DNA of 64,000 nt from Hyphochytrium catenoides (lineage: Eukaryota; Protista; Hyphochytriomycota), in assembly GCA_900088475.1 (NCBI GenBank), contig FLMG01001070.1:90276-154275 (forward strand), in the 5' to 3' direction. This document shows, piece by piece, positions 63,186 through 64,000 of the stretch. The position numbers and the translations under genes were made by a program. Position 1 is the first letter of the stretch, and each line of letters starts with the position of its first letter. Under the pieces are notes generated by a model. It saw only the letters and a program-made list of their open reading frames with translations. It did not search any database and had not been told where the DNA came from.

Positions 63186-64000
63186 TCAAAGCATGCTTCT
63201 CACACTCATCACCTCCGTTTTACATTTGGTTACATACAAATAGTGACTATACCCATAGGCGGGGACGGGAGCGGCAGGTAGCTCTAGATAATATGCACGT
63301 TGTGCTCTTTTCAGACACCCTCGCTGGCTCGAGGCTACCTAGATACAGCTCTTTTCCGTTAAGAAGACGGAGCTTGTATTATAATCGCGCTAGAGAGGTC
63401 TTGTCAGAGGCATCAACCTTTCCAAACCTCTGAGGTCGTGGAAAGTTGATGAATGGGACCATCCTTGTATAACCCCGGGCCTATGCTCTATCAGCACTGT
63501 CCGGCCTATGCTATCGGCTCCGTCATTGAAGATGGAGAGAATAATGAAGAAGGGAAGAGGGATGATAATAGGACTTGAACTTCCCAAGCCCATCTGGTTC
63601 GTTATAAAAAGTGGCTATGGATTGCCCTTGCATCGGTCCTGGGCTTCCTCCTCCTCCTTGTGGATTGGCCCTTTTAGTCCCCACTGCTAGTGCTTGAGAG
63701 AACCGGTGACCGCGAACTTCTTGGGATGATCCTTATAAGCAGCAAACGGAGTGCGCGCAAAGACTCGCTCCACCATTGGAATAAACTCCTTCAACTCCAT
63801 AGAATCATACGAAGGATCAAACTGTGCCAGCAATGCCAAAAAGAAGGTTTAGTCATTCGCAAGAAGAGCCAGCCGCACCGAAGCTCCCTTAGTTGGACAA
63901 TGCCTCTGTCTATCTGCGTGGGTTACTTCTGCTGCTTCTGCATCATCACGATCATGATGCTATGATGCTGCCCCCCCTCCCCCCCCCGCTCTTCTTCCAT
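63186..64000 (-). pseudogene. Decayed reading frame of about 270 codons with six TAG/TAA stops; family unknown; runs off the window edge
   Basis: One minus frame reads ...VRLALLAND*TFFLALLAQFDPSYDSMELKEFIPMVERVFARTPFAAYKDHPKKF... In-frame stops at 63960, 63849, 63687, 63615, 63390 and 63339; first TGA at 63186. Confidence 0.35.

Overview
Gene-dense, intron-rich eukaryotic nuclear DNA with roughly balanced GC, GT-AG introns of about 55-400 nt, GA/CT microsatellites and one 50-N assembly gap. The ATG2 and Sec8 N-termini suggest a stramenopile, but that is my recollection-based inference, not a search result. Fourteen genes could be reconstructed by hand: a 5'-partial ACAD10/11-type acyl-CoA dehydrogenase ending in PTS1 (AKL), a RING-H2 protein, ATG101, a sterol C24-methyltransferase, mitochondrial presequence protease, an intronless class-3 lipase, an intronless bacterial-type FGGY sugar kinase, exocyst Sec8, JMJD5/KDM8, Nup205, two tandem GBP2/HRB1-like 2xRRM paralogues, ATG2 and an LMBRD2-like membrane protein. 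The best leads are: (1) a tandem RRM duplication with four identical intron positions in which one copy gained a mitochondrial-type presequence and lost its RGG box; (2) a probable horizontally acquired FGGY kinase next to decayed DNA; (3) decayed reading frames whose internal stops are TAA/TAG only, with local TAG excess, suggesting RIP-like or non-CG-methylation C-to-T decay; (4) an 87-bp tandem repeat ORF; (5) a lone HUH/Rep-like motif. No rRNA, tRNA, CRISPR array or intact transposon was recognised, and no complete novel multi-gene system can be demonstrated from the sequence alone.
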